Positions 27,101-36,492 of a stretch of 38,028 nt of DNA are shown here, in pieces. The stretch is from sequence record SRR31156797_2537; one strand, given 5' to 3'. Positions within the stretch are counted from its first letter, which is position 1, and every line of letters starts with the position of its first letter. Made by a program: the position numbers and the translations under genes. Below the pieces are notes generated by a model. It saw only the letters and a program-made list of their open reading frames with translations, searched no databases and was not told the DNA's origin.

Positions 27101-30100
27101 ATGGATACCTTTATTCAGTTTACCCTGAAACAGAAAGTGGTTGTCAACCTGCTGTTTGTCCTTCTTATTGTCGTAGGTGCACTGACCCTACTCAAGATAC
27201 CGGTCGACCGTTATCCCAATATCCAGTTTGGTAAAATGTATATCAATACCTTCTTTCCCGGTGGTTCTCCGGAAGAGGTAGAGACGCTCATTACCAAAGA
27301 AATAGAAACAGCCCTGCAAGACCTTGAGGATATCGAATATATCCGGTCAGGAAGTTATCGGGAACGATCAAACATTGTCATCAAATTTACTGACGACAGT
27401 GATTATCTTAAACGTTTTGATGATGTCCGTATCAAAGTCCTGGCAACCGCTAAAAAACTCCCCGAACTTGCAGACCCTCCGGTATTTAACTTCCTCGATG
27501 TAGGCGACTGGTTTCCTACAATCAGTGTCAACATCTCCGGACAACATACAAATGCCACCCTCAAGCTGGTGGCGGAAGAAATTAAAATTCCCCTCGCCCT
27601 TATTCCAGGGGTCAGCAAAGTGAAGTTGCAGGGAGCATACACCAAGGAATTTCATATTCTCCTCGATCCCGACAAGCTCAATCGGTACGGGATTACCTTT
27701 GCAGAAGTCACCAATGCCCTTGGCCTGGCAAATGTCACTATCCCTGCAGGCCACGTGCTCACTGGCGGCGGCGAGTTTACCATTCGGGTTGACGAACAGT
27801 TTAAAACCAGAAGCCAGATCATTAACACCATTGTCCGAACTGATGCGGACGGTTCTTTCATACGTATAGGAGATATTGTTGAGGATGCGTTTCTCACCTC
27901 TCGGGAACCCTATATACTGGCATCAACTAATGGTGAAGAATGTGTGACCCTGCAGGTCTTAAAAAGTGATAGTGGTAATGCCCTGCGGATTGCCAAACAA
28001 GTAAAAAAGGTGGTGGCCCAACTCCAGCCGCTGTATGCGGTAGAGGAGGTCACGCTTACCGTTACTCAAGACTCCAGTACCCGAATCAAAGATTCCATGC
28101 GCGTACTTGGAGTAAACCTGCTGTTAGGTACGATTTTGGTCTGTGCAATGATCTGGCTATTTATGGGATTTCGCAACGCTGCGTTAACCACCATAGGTAT
28201 CCCGTTTGCGTTCCTGGTCACGTTGATATTCATGGCACTTACAGGAAACTCAATCAACGAGGTTTCCCTCTTTGCCTTTGTGCTGGTTTCCGGAATCATC
28301 GTTGATGATGCAATAGTGGTAGTTGAAAATATTTATCGTCATATCCAGATGGGCCGGTCTGTAAATGATGCCATCGTTAAAGGCACATCCGAGGTCTTTC
28401 TGCCTGTTATTTCTGCGACGCTGACCACAGTTGCCGCCTTTTTGCCCATGCTGTTAATGACCGGTATGGTCGGAGACTTTTTTGCAATCATTCCCAAGAC
28501 CATTGTTTTTGCTCTGATTGCATCCCTGTTGGAATGCCTGATCATTCTTCCCTGCCACTATCTTGAGTTCGGTCATCGTGCACCAGCTAAGGGAACGGTC
28601 AACCAGGACCAGATTCAGGCACCATGGAAAAGTTCCGAAGGAACAATAATGCGGATCACCCGTTCCCTTCTCAATCGACTTATTCTCCTGGCCTTGCGCT
28701 TTCGCATCACTTCCCAATGCCTGCTGCTGCTTTTTTTTGCGGCGGCAGTGACCATTTTTACGCTCTCTTTTCAAGGGAAGTCAAACCTGGTTCGAATCCA
28801 ATTTTTCCCCGACAACTATTCACTTTACTATGTCGAACTTTTTGGACCTTCGGGAACCCCGATATTTGAAACAAACAGGCTTCTCAAAAAAATTGCGAAA
28901 ATATTGCACGATGAAGGTCAAAACATGACAGAGTCTGCTTTAGGGTTTGCAGGCTACTATATCGATGATGATTTTACCCCCCAGTACGGTAGTACTCTCG
29001 GCCATGTTGCGGTGACCCTGCCTTCGTCGGACACAAGAAGATTTGCGGACTACCCGGAAAATGATGTTATTGCTCACCTGCAGTACATCAGAGACATGCT
29101 CACCCCCCACATCCCCGAGCATTTCACCATGGTTGTCCGTCCTGAAAAAGACGGCCCTCCAACAGGCAAAGACATCAGCATCCGCATCCTTGGCACCAAT
29201 GACCAAAATGTTTCCCAGCTTACGCAGCGTATTACCTCCTATCTCAAGAACGAGAAGAACATAGCTCCCTGGCTCATGGATTTGAAAAATGACCAGGGAA
29301 AAAGTAATAAAATATTTCGAATAAAAGTACGCCGGGAAAAGGCCGCGGAACTGGGACTTGACCATACAAAAATTGCAAGCATCGCCGCGACCATTATAAA
29401 CGGGCAAATAGTCGGCACCATGCAGTTACCGGAAGAGCAAGTCGATGTGCTGGTCAAAGTTGCCCAGCCCGAAAGAGTAGAACTGGCAAAAATCCTAGAC
29501 ATACCCGTTATTGATCATCCCAGCGGTTCAATCAGGCTTCGTGATCTCTGCTCATTTGACTACACTCTTGAACCTGGGATTCTTAACCGATTCCAGCAGC
29601 AGCGAGCCATAACCCTGACAGCAAATATTCAACCAGCTGCTCCCTTCTCACCAGCTATGGTGGTCAATCAAACCCAAAACTATTACGAAACCATTCGCCG
29701 GCAATACCCTGGTGCTACACTCATCTTTGCAGGAGAGCATGAGTCAACTCAAAAATCTTTCCTCTCCCTTTCTGTTGCTTTTGTTGTGGCCACCCTGCTC
29801 ATCTACCTTATTCTTGCTGCTCAATTCAGATCATACCTGCAACCGCTTATTATCATTTCAGCAGTTATCTTTGCACTCACAGGGGTAATTTTTGGTACAT
29901 TTTTATCCCGCACCCTGTTCACCATCAACAGTTTTGTGGCCATCATAGGTGTGACGGGGGTGGTGGTGAACGATTCTCTTGTCTTAGTGGCGTTCCTTAA
30001 CGCCTGTTACAAGGAAGGGCTCGAAAGGCGCCAGGCACTTTTACTGGCAACAAATACACGCTTGCGCCCGATCCTCCTCACAACGTTAACCACTACTTTG

Positions 30101-30313
30101 GGACTTTTACCCATGGCTTTAGGAATCCCGGAATACTCAAATGTCTGGGGAAGCATGGCCATGACATTTGTCACAGGCCTCTGTACAGCAACGATTCTGA
30201 CGATTATTTTCATACCGGTACAGTGGGATATAGTAGCAGGCCTACAGGGCTACTCGTTTTTCGAAAAACCACCTGAAAGTACACTGAACCATATCAACAG
30301 TAAAAAATCGTAA
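27101..30313 (+). CDS. RND efflux permease (AcrB/AcrD/AcrF family)
   Basis: 1070 aa; 'GIIVDDAIVVVENI', 'VVNDS', 'RLRPILLTTLTT..GLLP'. Confidence 0.95.
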   Translation: MDTFIQFTLKQKVVVNLLFVLLIVVGALTLLKIPVDRYPNIQFGKMYINTFFPGGSPEEVETLITKEIETALQDLEDIEYIRSGSYRERSNIVIKFTDDSDYLKRFDDVRIKVLATAKKLPELADPPVFNFLDVGDWFPTISVNISGQHTNATLKLVAEEIKIPLALIPGVSKVKLQGAYTKEFHILLDPDKLNRYGITFAEVTNALGLANVTIPAGHVLTGGGEFTIRVDEQFKTRSQIINTIVRTDADGSFIRIGDIVEDAFLTSREPYILASTNGEECVTLQVLKSDSGNALRIAKQVKKVVAQLQPLYAVEEVTLTVTQDSSTRIKDSMRVLGVNLLLGTILVCAMIWLFMGFRNAALTTIGIPFAFLVTLIFMALTGNSINEVSLFAFVLVSGIIVDDAIVVVENIYRHIQMGRSVNDAIVKGTSEVFLPVISATLTTVAAFLPMLLMTGMVGDFFAIIPKTIVFALIASLLECLIILPCHYLEFGHRAPAKGTVNQDQIQAPWKSSEGTIMRITRSLLNRLILLALRFRITSQCLLLLFFAAAVTIFTLSFQGKSNLVRIQFFPDNYSLYYVELFGPSGTPIFETNRLLKKIAKILHDEGQNMTESALGFAGYYIDDDFTPQYGSTLGHVAVTLPSSDTRRFADYPENDVIAHLQYIRDMLTPHIPEHFTMVVRPEKDGPPTGKDISIRILGTNDQNVSQLTQRITSYLKNEKNIAPWLMDLKNDQGKSNKIFRIKVRREKAAELGLDHTKIASIAATIINGQIVGTMQLPEEQVDVLVKVAQPERVELAKILDIPVIDHPSGSIRLRDLCSFDYTLEPGILNRFQQQRAITLTANIQPAAPFSPAMVVNQTQNYYETIRRQYPGATLIFAGEHESTQKSFLSLSVAFVVATLLIYLILAAQFRSYLQPLIIISAVIFALTGVIFGTFLSRTLFTINSFVAIIGVTGVVVNDSLVLVAFLNACYKEGLERRQALLLATNTRLRPILLTTLTTTLGLLPMALGIPEYSNVWGSMAMTFVTGLCTATILTIIFIPVQWDIVAGLQGYSFFEKPPESTLNHINSKKS

Positions 30314-30384
30314 CCATCACAACGGGGGCACATTCATGCAAAACAATAAAATCTTACAGAAACAAGCACTTGAGCTTCAACCTA

Positions 30385-30410
30385 TCGGCATTTAAAGCTT
30401 AAGGTGCCGA
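30385..30410 (+). terminator. Hairpin after the RND operon
   Basis: TCGGCATTTAA-agc-TTAAGGTGCCGA inverted repeat; no immediate U-tract. Confidence 0.4.
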
Positions 30411-30667
30411 CGCAAAGGTGCAGAATTGGACAGGGGACAGTTTTTTTTAATTACAGGCTCCTATCGCTTTGAAAGTGCAAAGGCCTGACAAGTACCAAAA
30501 AAGTTACCGCAATGTTCTCCAGAGTATATTGCATAGAACGTCCTAATGGATTTGTGTATGACAATCCCCATACCGCCCTGATGAGACATTCGGGTTAGTC
30601 ACCTTCAAGGTTGTAAAGGCTCTACAGCTTGTTGACGGTAAAAAATTAAGCAGGGAATAAAGGCACA

Positions 30668-31576
30668 GTGATGAAAAACATCCGATTTGGTCTTTGCTGC
30701 ATGTTTAGGAAACAGCCCATACGTTTTCGCATCAAACAAGCAGTATACATTATGAAATTCAGTAGGGAGGAACAGCTGGAGAAAATTTCTGCAACTATAC
30801 TTGAAAACAGTCAATCACTGTTAAAAGCTGTTACCTATTGCCAACGAGACAACATCGGCAGTTTTCGAGTCGACAGTAGATTTTTTCCGCTCAAGACCCA
30901 CCCAGAAGTACTGTACACACTTGAAGAACTGCCTAATCATGACGTTATTGCGGCAAACCTCGACAGAGTACGGGCGTATACAGCACAACATAATATTCGG
31001 CTAACCTTTCATCCTGACCAATTTACCCTGCTCTCTACCCCTAAACAAGATGTACTCCATCGTTCCATTGAGGAACTGCTTTATCATAACGAGATGACCG
31101 AGATGATAGGTGCCGATGTCATCAACATTCACGGAGGCGGAGGCTATGGAGACAAACCTGCTGCCCTAGCCCGGTTACATAAAAATATTAAAAAGCTGCC
31201 GGATTCATTACGTTCTCGACTAACCTTGGAAAATGATGATAGGACGTATACCCCAAAAGATCTCCTCCCTATATGCACAACCCTTGGTATACCGCTTGTT
31301 TATGATGTTCATCATCACCGCTGTTACCCTGACGGACTGTCCGAAGAAAATGCGACTGAAATGGCACTGCTTACATGGAACAGAGAACCGCTTTTCCACC
31401 TGTCCAGCCCTAAACATGGGTGGCAATCGGACAGCCCCCGACCACACAGTGACATGATTGACCCCAATGATTTTCCACAATGCTGGCTCAGCAAAACAAT
31501 CACAGTGGACATAGAGGCCAAGGCAAAAGAGTTGGCTATCGAGGGGCTCCAAAGGTATCTTTCAACAAAGAGATAA
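30668..31576 (+). CDS. uvsE: UV DNA damage repair endonuclease
   Basis: 'RFGLCC', 'RLTFHPDQF', 'NIHGGG', 'LENDD', 'YDVHHH', 'HLSS', 'HSD', 'IEAKAKE'. Confidence 0.93.
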   Translation: MMKNIRFGLCCMFRKQPIRFRIKQAVYIMKFSREEQLEKISATILENSQSLLKAVTYCQRDNIGSFRVDSRFFPLKTHPEVLYTLEELPNHDVIAANLDRVRAYTAQHNIRLTFHPDQFTLLSTPKQDVLHRSIEELLYHNEMTEMIGADVINIHGGGGYGDKPAALARLHKNIKKLPDSLRSRLTLENDDRTYTPKDLLPICTTLGIPLVYDVHHHRCYPDGLSEENATEMALLTWNREPLFHLSSPKHGWQSDSPRPHSDMIDPNDFPQCWLSKTITVDIEAKAKELAIEGLQRYLSTKR

Positions 31577-31786
31577 TTGCATTTAAGTATCAACCACTCG
31601 GGCTTATCATCCTGCTGTAAGGACATTATCATTCTATTGATCCTGGAGTGTGAGTAGTTACGCTCGTATTAGAATTTATATATGAAAACCTTCAAGTGCA
31701 CTCAGAATAAAATCTAAAATTATACCCTAACCATTCCCTCATCTTCTTTTAGTACTGCCCTAATGTGCCCAGGTTAATTTCGCGGC

Positions 31787-34135
31787 ATGAATAAAAACCG
31801 ATCCCCATTTGAACTAATTTCCAATGTCGAAACAGACGTTAATATTTTTCTCAGTGCAATAACGTCACAGAAACTCCAACCGTTTGCCGGTGAAGACAGC
31901 AGCGTCGGGATGGAATACGAACTCCAAGTAGCCGTGGAAGGCTGCTATCGAGATGTCGACCTGGCATCTACAATTCACAACTCCAGCTATTATAAAAATA
32001 TAGCCAAACGTACAGCCCGGGGTGACTTGCCCACCACCTGCCTCGATTCACTGAAAGAGTTCCTTTTTGCCAATGATTCCAACGTCTGGGAAAACAGTTG
32101 GGTCAGATTTTCTGAATACCGATTGACACCATGGGCAAGGAAAATCCTCGCTCGCGACTTGCTTGCGGACAAAAGCACTCTCCATCCCAGGCAGCGCAGC
32201 GACGTGCAAAGATTTCGCTGTATCCATAAAGGAGAGCCGCAGCTGCGCCTGCCTATCAGTTACCTGCTCAAGCTTTCACTAGCCAACATTATCAGTATGG
32301 GCAAAACACTTTCGCCGGTCCTGTTCAAAACCGGAAAAAGTCTACTGGACAATTTCTTAAGTGACAACACGTCACCCGAGGTCCTCAGCTTTAATATCCC
32401 TACAGCGACACAAGGCAGGATAGGCGGTCTTGCCGCAAAAGAAACAGCAAGGACCCTCCTGTTCAGCCAACTGTTGATTCAATATGCAAATAAAAGCTTT
32501 GGGTTGGAAGAATCAGGCCAGAAATGTCTACTCTATTGTGCACCCCACGCACCATCCAGACAAAAGCAACTTAATGATGTCGTACCGGATGGTTTTTACC
32601 GCCATCTCTTTATGAGCCCGTGCTTATCAGGCTGGGATAAAGGCGAAGAAAAAAATCGATACATGGAGTTCTGTCACAAGACCCTCTCTCGCAGTCAGCT
32701 CAACACCATAGGCAAACTCAAAGACGCGGGAATAATAACCCACAATCTTATCGTGTTGCCGAATACCTCCAACACCTGCCTGGCCAACAACGGCACCCAT
32801 GTTTCTTTAGGCAGCAATCTCCTCACCTCGCTTGCCGCCGATCGAGAATCGATGTTTACTCCCCGGGTGGAAAAATACTACGGCGATCTGGTCATCAAGA
32901 TTGTTGAGCACTTCCTGCCACTGTTCGTCAATACCTACAGCTCATCCCCGTACCGAATTGATTTTTCCGACTTTCATCCTGAGAAGGTTCTCGGATTTCT
33001 CCCCCATGAACTTGATTATACTCACCTACGTATGATCTGGAGAAGATGGCGAAAAAAAGCGACTATCAGTTTCTTAGGTAGAACGCTTACACCTTTTGGA
33101 CCTCGCTGGCTTGACCAGAGACTTGCTAACCTGCTCCAGCTAAAAGGAGATCTGATACCTGACTTTCGTCTCATCGACTACCTGGTCACTCTGCTTTCGA
33201 CAGAGACCAGTCCTGGTTTAAATGGTATCCCCGGCAACCATGAACGACTAAAGCAGGAGCTCTCGGAGATGGGCGTTTTTGATCCCAAGATGTCCATGTA
33301 CCTCCTCTACCGGCAGCGTATTTTTGGTGCTGCTGGATATTCCGGATTCGAGGGGCGAAGTTACTCTCTTTTCCATAGTTTGCAGGATGATATGGCGGAA
33401 GCCGTAGACATCCAAAATCTTGTTACAGCGCTAGCCTGTCGATACATTCAGGAGGGAAAGATCCACCACCACGACATTCCGGACCAGCCCTCCATTGAAA
33501 GTGAACGACGCCAAATTTTCTTTGCCGGTGCCGTCGGTATTCCCACCTTCTATGTACGTGCCGACACCGGCAACAGGCTGCTCAGGAAGATTCTCACACA
33601 TGTACGTTCCCAGCGCAACAGCCTCCGATACAAAGGATATATCAGAGTAAAGATCGACGACTATAAACTCGCCCTCCTGCACATACTTACAACCGACGGT
33701 GCCGACCTCATTGAGCAGCTGAGCCTTGCCCCACGCATGCAATCCCTGCATAGCCGGCTGACAGATAACACGGCCTCAGCATATGGAAAAATCATTGGTG
33801 CTGTTCAAAATGAACTGCCGCGAAGACGCACACCGATGAATGTTTCTGCAAATGAGTTCAACTCTGCCACTGAGCACTATTACCGTACAGGTCTCAAACA
33901 AAAACATCTCAGCGAATCCATTTCAGTTTTTATTGAAGACTGCAAACGAATGGAGCGACTTGAAGATCCTCATTTCAAGCAGGTTATGAAAACAATTTCA
34001 CAGGACATGTCTGGTGCCGATTTTATTGATAGGCACCAGCAAGCAATCATCCAAGAAACCGCCAAGCCGGAAACCGTCGCGCAGATGCTCCGAATTGCTC
34101 TGGCCATTATTAACCATGAACGTAACTGCATTTGA
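31787..34135 (+). CDS. Large hypothetical protein, probable glutamate-cysteine-ligase/GS-fold carboxylate-amine ligase
   Basis: 782-aa ORF with the ordered motifs GMEYE (aa41), GTHVSLG (aa336), SSSPY (aa385), YRQR...FEGR (aa521). The fold assignment is inference. Confidence 0.7.
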   Translation: MNKNRSPFELISNVETDVNIFLSAITSQKLQPFAGEDSSVGMEYELQVAVEGCYRDVDLASTIHNSSYYKNIAKRTARGDLPTTCLDSLKEFLFANDSNVWENSWVRFSEYRLTPWARKILARDLLADKSTLHPRQRSDVQRFRCIHKGEPQLRLPISYLLKLSLANIISMGKTLSPVLFKTGKSLLDNFLSDNTSPEVLSFNIPTATQGRIGGLAAKETARTLLFSQLLIQYANKSFGLEESGQKCLLYCAPHAPSRQKQLNDVVPDGFYRHLFMSPCLSGWDKGEEKNRYMEFCHKTLSRSQLNTIGKLKDAGIITHNLIVLPNTSNTCLANNGTHVSLGSNLLTSLAADRESMFTPRVEKYYGDLVIKIVEHFLPLFVNTYSSSPYRIDFSDFHPEKVLGFLPHELDYTHLRMIWRRWRKKATISFLGRTLTPFGPRWLDQRLANLLQLKGDLIPDFRLIDYLVTLLSTETSPGLNGIPGNHERLKQELSEMGVFDPKMSMYLLYRQRIFGAAGYSGFEGRSYSLFHSLQDDMAEAVDIQNLVTALACRYIQEGKIHHHDIPDQPSIESERRQIFFAGAVGIPTFYVRADTGNRLLRKILTHVRSQRNSLRYKGYIRVKIDDYKLALLHILTTDGADLIEQLSLAPRMQSLHSRLTDNTASAYGKIIGAVQNELPRRRTPMNVSANEFNSATEHYYRTGLKQKHLSESISVFIEDCKRMERLEDPHFKQVMKTISQDMSGADFIDRHQQAIIQETAKPETVAQMLRIALAIINHERNCI

Positions 34136-35193
34136 AAGAGAGCATAGCTATGAATATATCGACACTTCCCCATCAGTATATTGATAGGAATTCCCTGCAG
34201 GTCATTACTGAAAAACCGATTGGAGACCGCAGCATACAATTCCTCTACAATACCTTGAGGGAAAACACGCCGGCCATGTTCCGGGCCCTTACCTCAGGAA
34301 GGATGTCAAGCTTGCTTAGTTTCTTCCATTACGACATGTTGGGCAAAAGGAAAAATAACTGTCGCGACCTCTTCGATCGCTATGGGGCAGACTGGCAAGA
34401 ATGTATCGAACCACTCTCTTTTTATGATTCCCACCGCAAATTTTTCGAGCGGCAGATCCGTTATTGGGATACCCGGCCCATGAACAGCAAAGAGACAACC
34501 ATTGTTTCCCCAGCCGACTCTCGTTTACTAATAGGCAGTTTTGCCGAGACATCCTCACTTTTTATCAAGGATAAATTTTTTAACCTCGAAGAGTTACTAG
34601 GGCCGGACAGCTCCTGGCATCCCCGTTTTTCAAATGGGGATTTTGCAGTTTTCCGCCTCACCCCTGATAAATATCACTACAACCATGTACCCGTAAACGG
34701 CCGTGTAGCTGCCATCTACAACGTTGACGGTCGATACCACTCGTGCAATCCATCCGCTCTCATTGCCACAGCTTCCCTCTATTCAAAAAACCGAAGGATA
34801 GTAACCATAATTGATACCGATGTTGAAGGGGGAAGTGCCGTCGGCCTGGTGGCGATGGTGGAAATTGTCGCGCTTATGATTGGGGACATCGTTCAGGCTT
34901 ACAGTAAAAAACGCTATGAGAATCCACAGGACGTTCGTCCCGGACAAAAGGTCCGAAGAGGTTGCCCTAAATCTCAATTTAAACCAGGCAGCTCTACAGA
35001 CGTCTTAATCTTTGAACCGGGACGAATAGCCTTTGCAGAGGATCTGGTCAAGAACTCACAACGCCGCGATGTACAAAGCAGGTTTACCAACAGCTTTAAC
35101 CGACCTTTGGTTGAAACCGATGTGTGTGTGCGTTCGTCGATCGCTGAACCATTACGCCAAACGCAAAAATTATTAAGAGAGGGAACGTTATGA
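34132..35193 (+). CDS. Phosphatidylserine decarboxylase family proenzyme (pyruvoyl-dependent)
   Basis: 'FFER', 'SPADS', 'FRLTPDKYHYNH.PV.G', 'N.R', self-cleavage site 'FKPGSST'. Start TTG 34132 or ATG 34150. Confidence 0.88.
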   Translation: MKESIAMNISTLPHQYIDRNSLQVITEKPIGDRSIQFLYNTLRENTPAMFRALTSGRMSSLLSFFHYDMLGKRKNNCRDLFDRYGADWQECIEPLSFYDSHRKFFERQIRYWDTRPMNSKETTIVSPADSRLLIGSFAETSSLFIKDKFFNLEELLGPDSSWHPRFSNGDFAVFRLTPDKYHYNHVPVNGRVAAIYNVDGRYHSCNPSALIATASLYSKNRRIVTIIDTDVEGGSAVGLVAMVEIVALMIGDIVQAYSKKRYENPQDVRPGQKVRRGCPKSQFKPGSSTDVLIFEPGRIAFAEDLVKNSQRRDVQSRFTNSFNRPLVETDVCVRSSIAEPLRQTQKLLREGTL

Positions 35194-36239
35194 ATGATCT
35201 GTTCTTCCTAGCCGGTCTCGGTTTTATTCTAGCGCATTTTCTTGGTTGGGGATTTAAACACTTACCGGCTGAACGCTGGCAAATGCTGGCTGTCGTCCCG
35301 CTCAAAAAAGCAGGGGGCGGCAACTGGCGGGGATCCAACCTGACATATTACGGCTTTTTTATAGCGACGAGTCAGCTGATTTCCATGATTCTTTTGCTTA
35401 TCTTGCTTGGAGCAATGGGCCTGTCCATTCCCGGTACCATGCTTGCAATTCTGATCGTTTTGACCTTCTGCATCCCGGCGGCTAGGCTCATGGCAATGCT
35501 CGTTGAAAAGAAACGCCACACCTTCACTATCGGTGGAGCTTCATTTGTCGGCATCCTCCTCGCTCCCTGGTCCATTCAGCTCAGCAACACAATCCTTAAC
35601 TCGCCTGACTCGAATTTGCCGCTCATCCCAGTCCTTGCTGCAATGTCAATTGCCTACACCCTCGGTGAAGGACTCGGCCGACTTGGCTGTATCAGTTATG
35701 GCTGTTGCTACGGCAAGCCGCTCAAAGACAGCAACAAGGTTGTACAATGGCTCTTTTCCCGCTTCAGTTTCATCTTCTACGGATCAACAAAAAAGGTCGT
35801 CTACGAAGGGCAACTGGCCGGTGAAAAGCTGATCCCGATCCAGGCGATCACCTGCGTACTGTATACCTTTGGGGCTCTTGTCGGCAGCTTTCTTTTTCTG
35901 ATCGGTTGGTTCACTCCAGCCCTATTATGCACTATAATCCTGACGCAACTCTGGCGCATCCTCTCAGAAACCATGCGCGCCGACTTTCGTGGTTTCGGCA
36001 AAGTTTCTGCCTATCAGAAAATGGGTCTGATGAGTGTTCTGTACATCCTGGCTGTCATTTATTTCGTCCATGCCGCACCCTACGCCAACCCCGAGATACT
36101 TGACGGCATAAGTGTGTTATGGAATCCTTCCGTCATTCTCGGTCTACAATTCCTGTGGCTCATCTTCTTCTATACCTTTGGCCGCAGCACCGTTACATCT
36201 GCAACCATCTCTTTTGAACTTATCAGGAAAAATATATAA
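35190..36239 (+). CDS. Lgt (prolipoprotein diacylglyceryl transferase) family membrane protein, atypical
   Basis: Multi-TM; 'YG', 'IGG', 'GRLGC...GCCYG', 'P.Q', 'R...E..R.D'. Confidence 0.78.
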   Translation: MNDLFFLAGLGFILAHFLGWGFKHLPAERWQMLAVVPLKKAGGGNWRGSNLTYYGFFIATSQLISMILLLILLGAMGLSIPGTMLAILIVLTFCIPAARLMAMLVEKKRHTFTIGGASFVGILLAPWSIQLSNTILNSPDSNLPLIPVLAAMSIAYTLGEGLGRLGCISYGCCYGKPLKDSNKVVQWLFSRFSFIFYGSTKKVVYEGQLAGEKLIPIQAITCVLYTFGALVGSFLFLIGWFTPALLCTIILTQLWRILSETMRADFRGFGKVSAYQKMGLMSVLYILAVIYFVHAAPYANPEILDGISVLWNPSVILGLQFLWLIFFYTFGRSTVTSATISFELIRKNI

Positions 36240-36245
36240 GCCTGT

Positions 36246-36400
36246 TGTAACTTGCTCACACGCACCCCACGGAGTTTCCCGTTGGTCGCTTACCTCTTCG
36301 GATGATCGCAGTTTTCCGCATAGATAGGCGGCCACCGGAGTTTTCCTTACCTGCGAAAAACCGCGCTTATCCAAACCTAGGGCACCTGTGAGCAGTTACA
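36246..36400. mobile_element. MITE-like palindromic element
   Basis: Terminal inverted repeats TGTAACTTGCTCACA / TGTGAGCAGTTACA; internal arms CGCAGTTTTCCGCATAGATAGG / CCTTACCTGCGAAAAACCGCG; about 155 bp. Confidence 0.65.
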
Positions 36401-36492
36401 GGTTTTAGGTATAATAAATCAAAGAGTTACCAACCCCATGAGTTACGTTTGCAATTGAATAAATTGACACAATGTTCATGAGAAATCCGGGT

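Noticed and set aside
30400-30450. c-di-GMP-I riboswitch suggested by 'GACGCAAAG'
   Set aside because: Lacks the upstream GGCAAA / GAAA tetraloop stem; the motif overlaps a plain hairpin arm.
34132-36239. Calling these housekeeping psd and lgt
   Set aside because: The Lgt catalytic His motif is altered and the operon context is atypical, so symbols were withheld.
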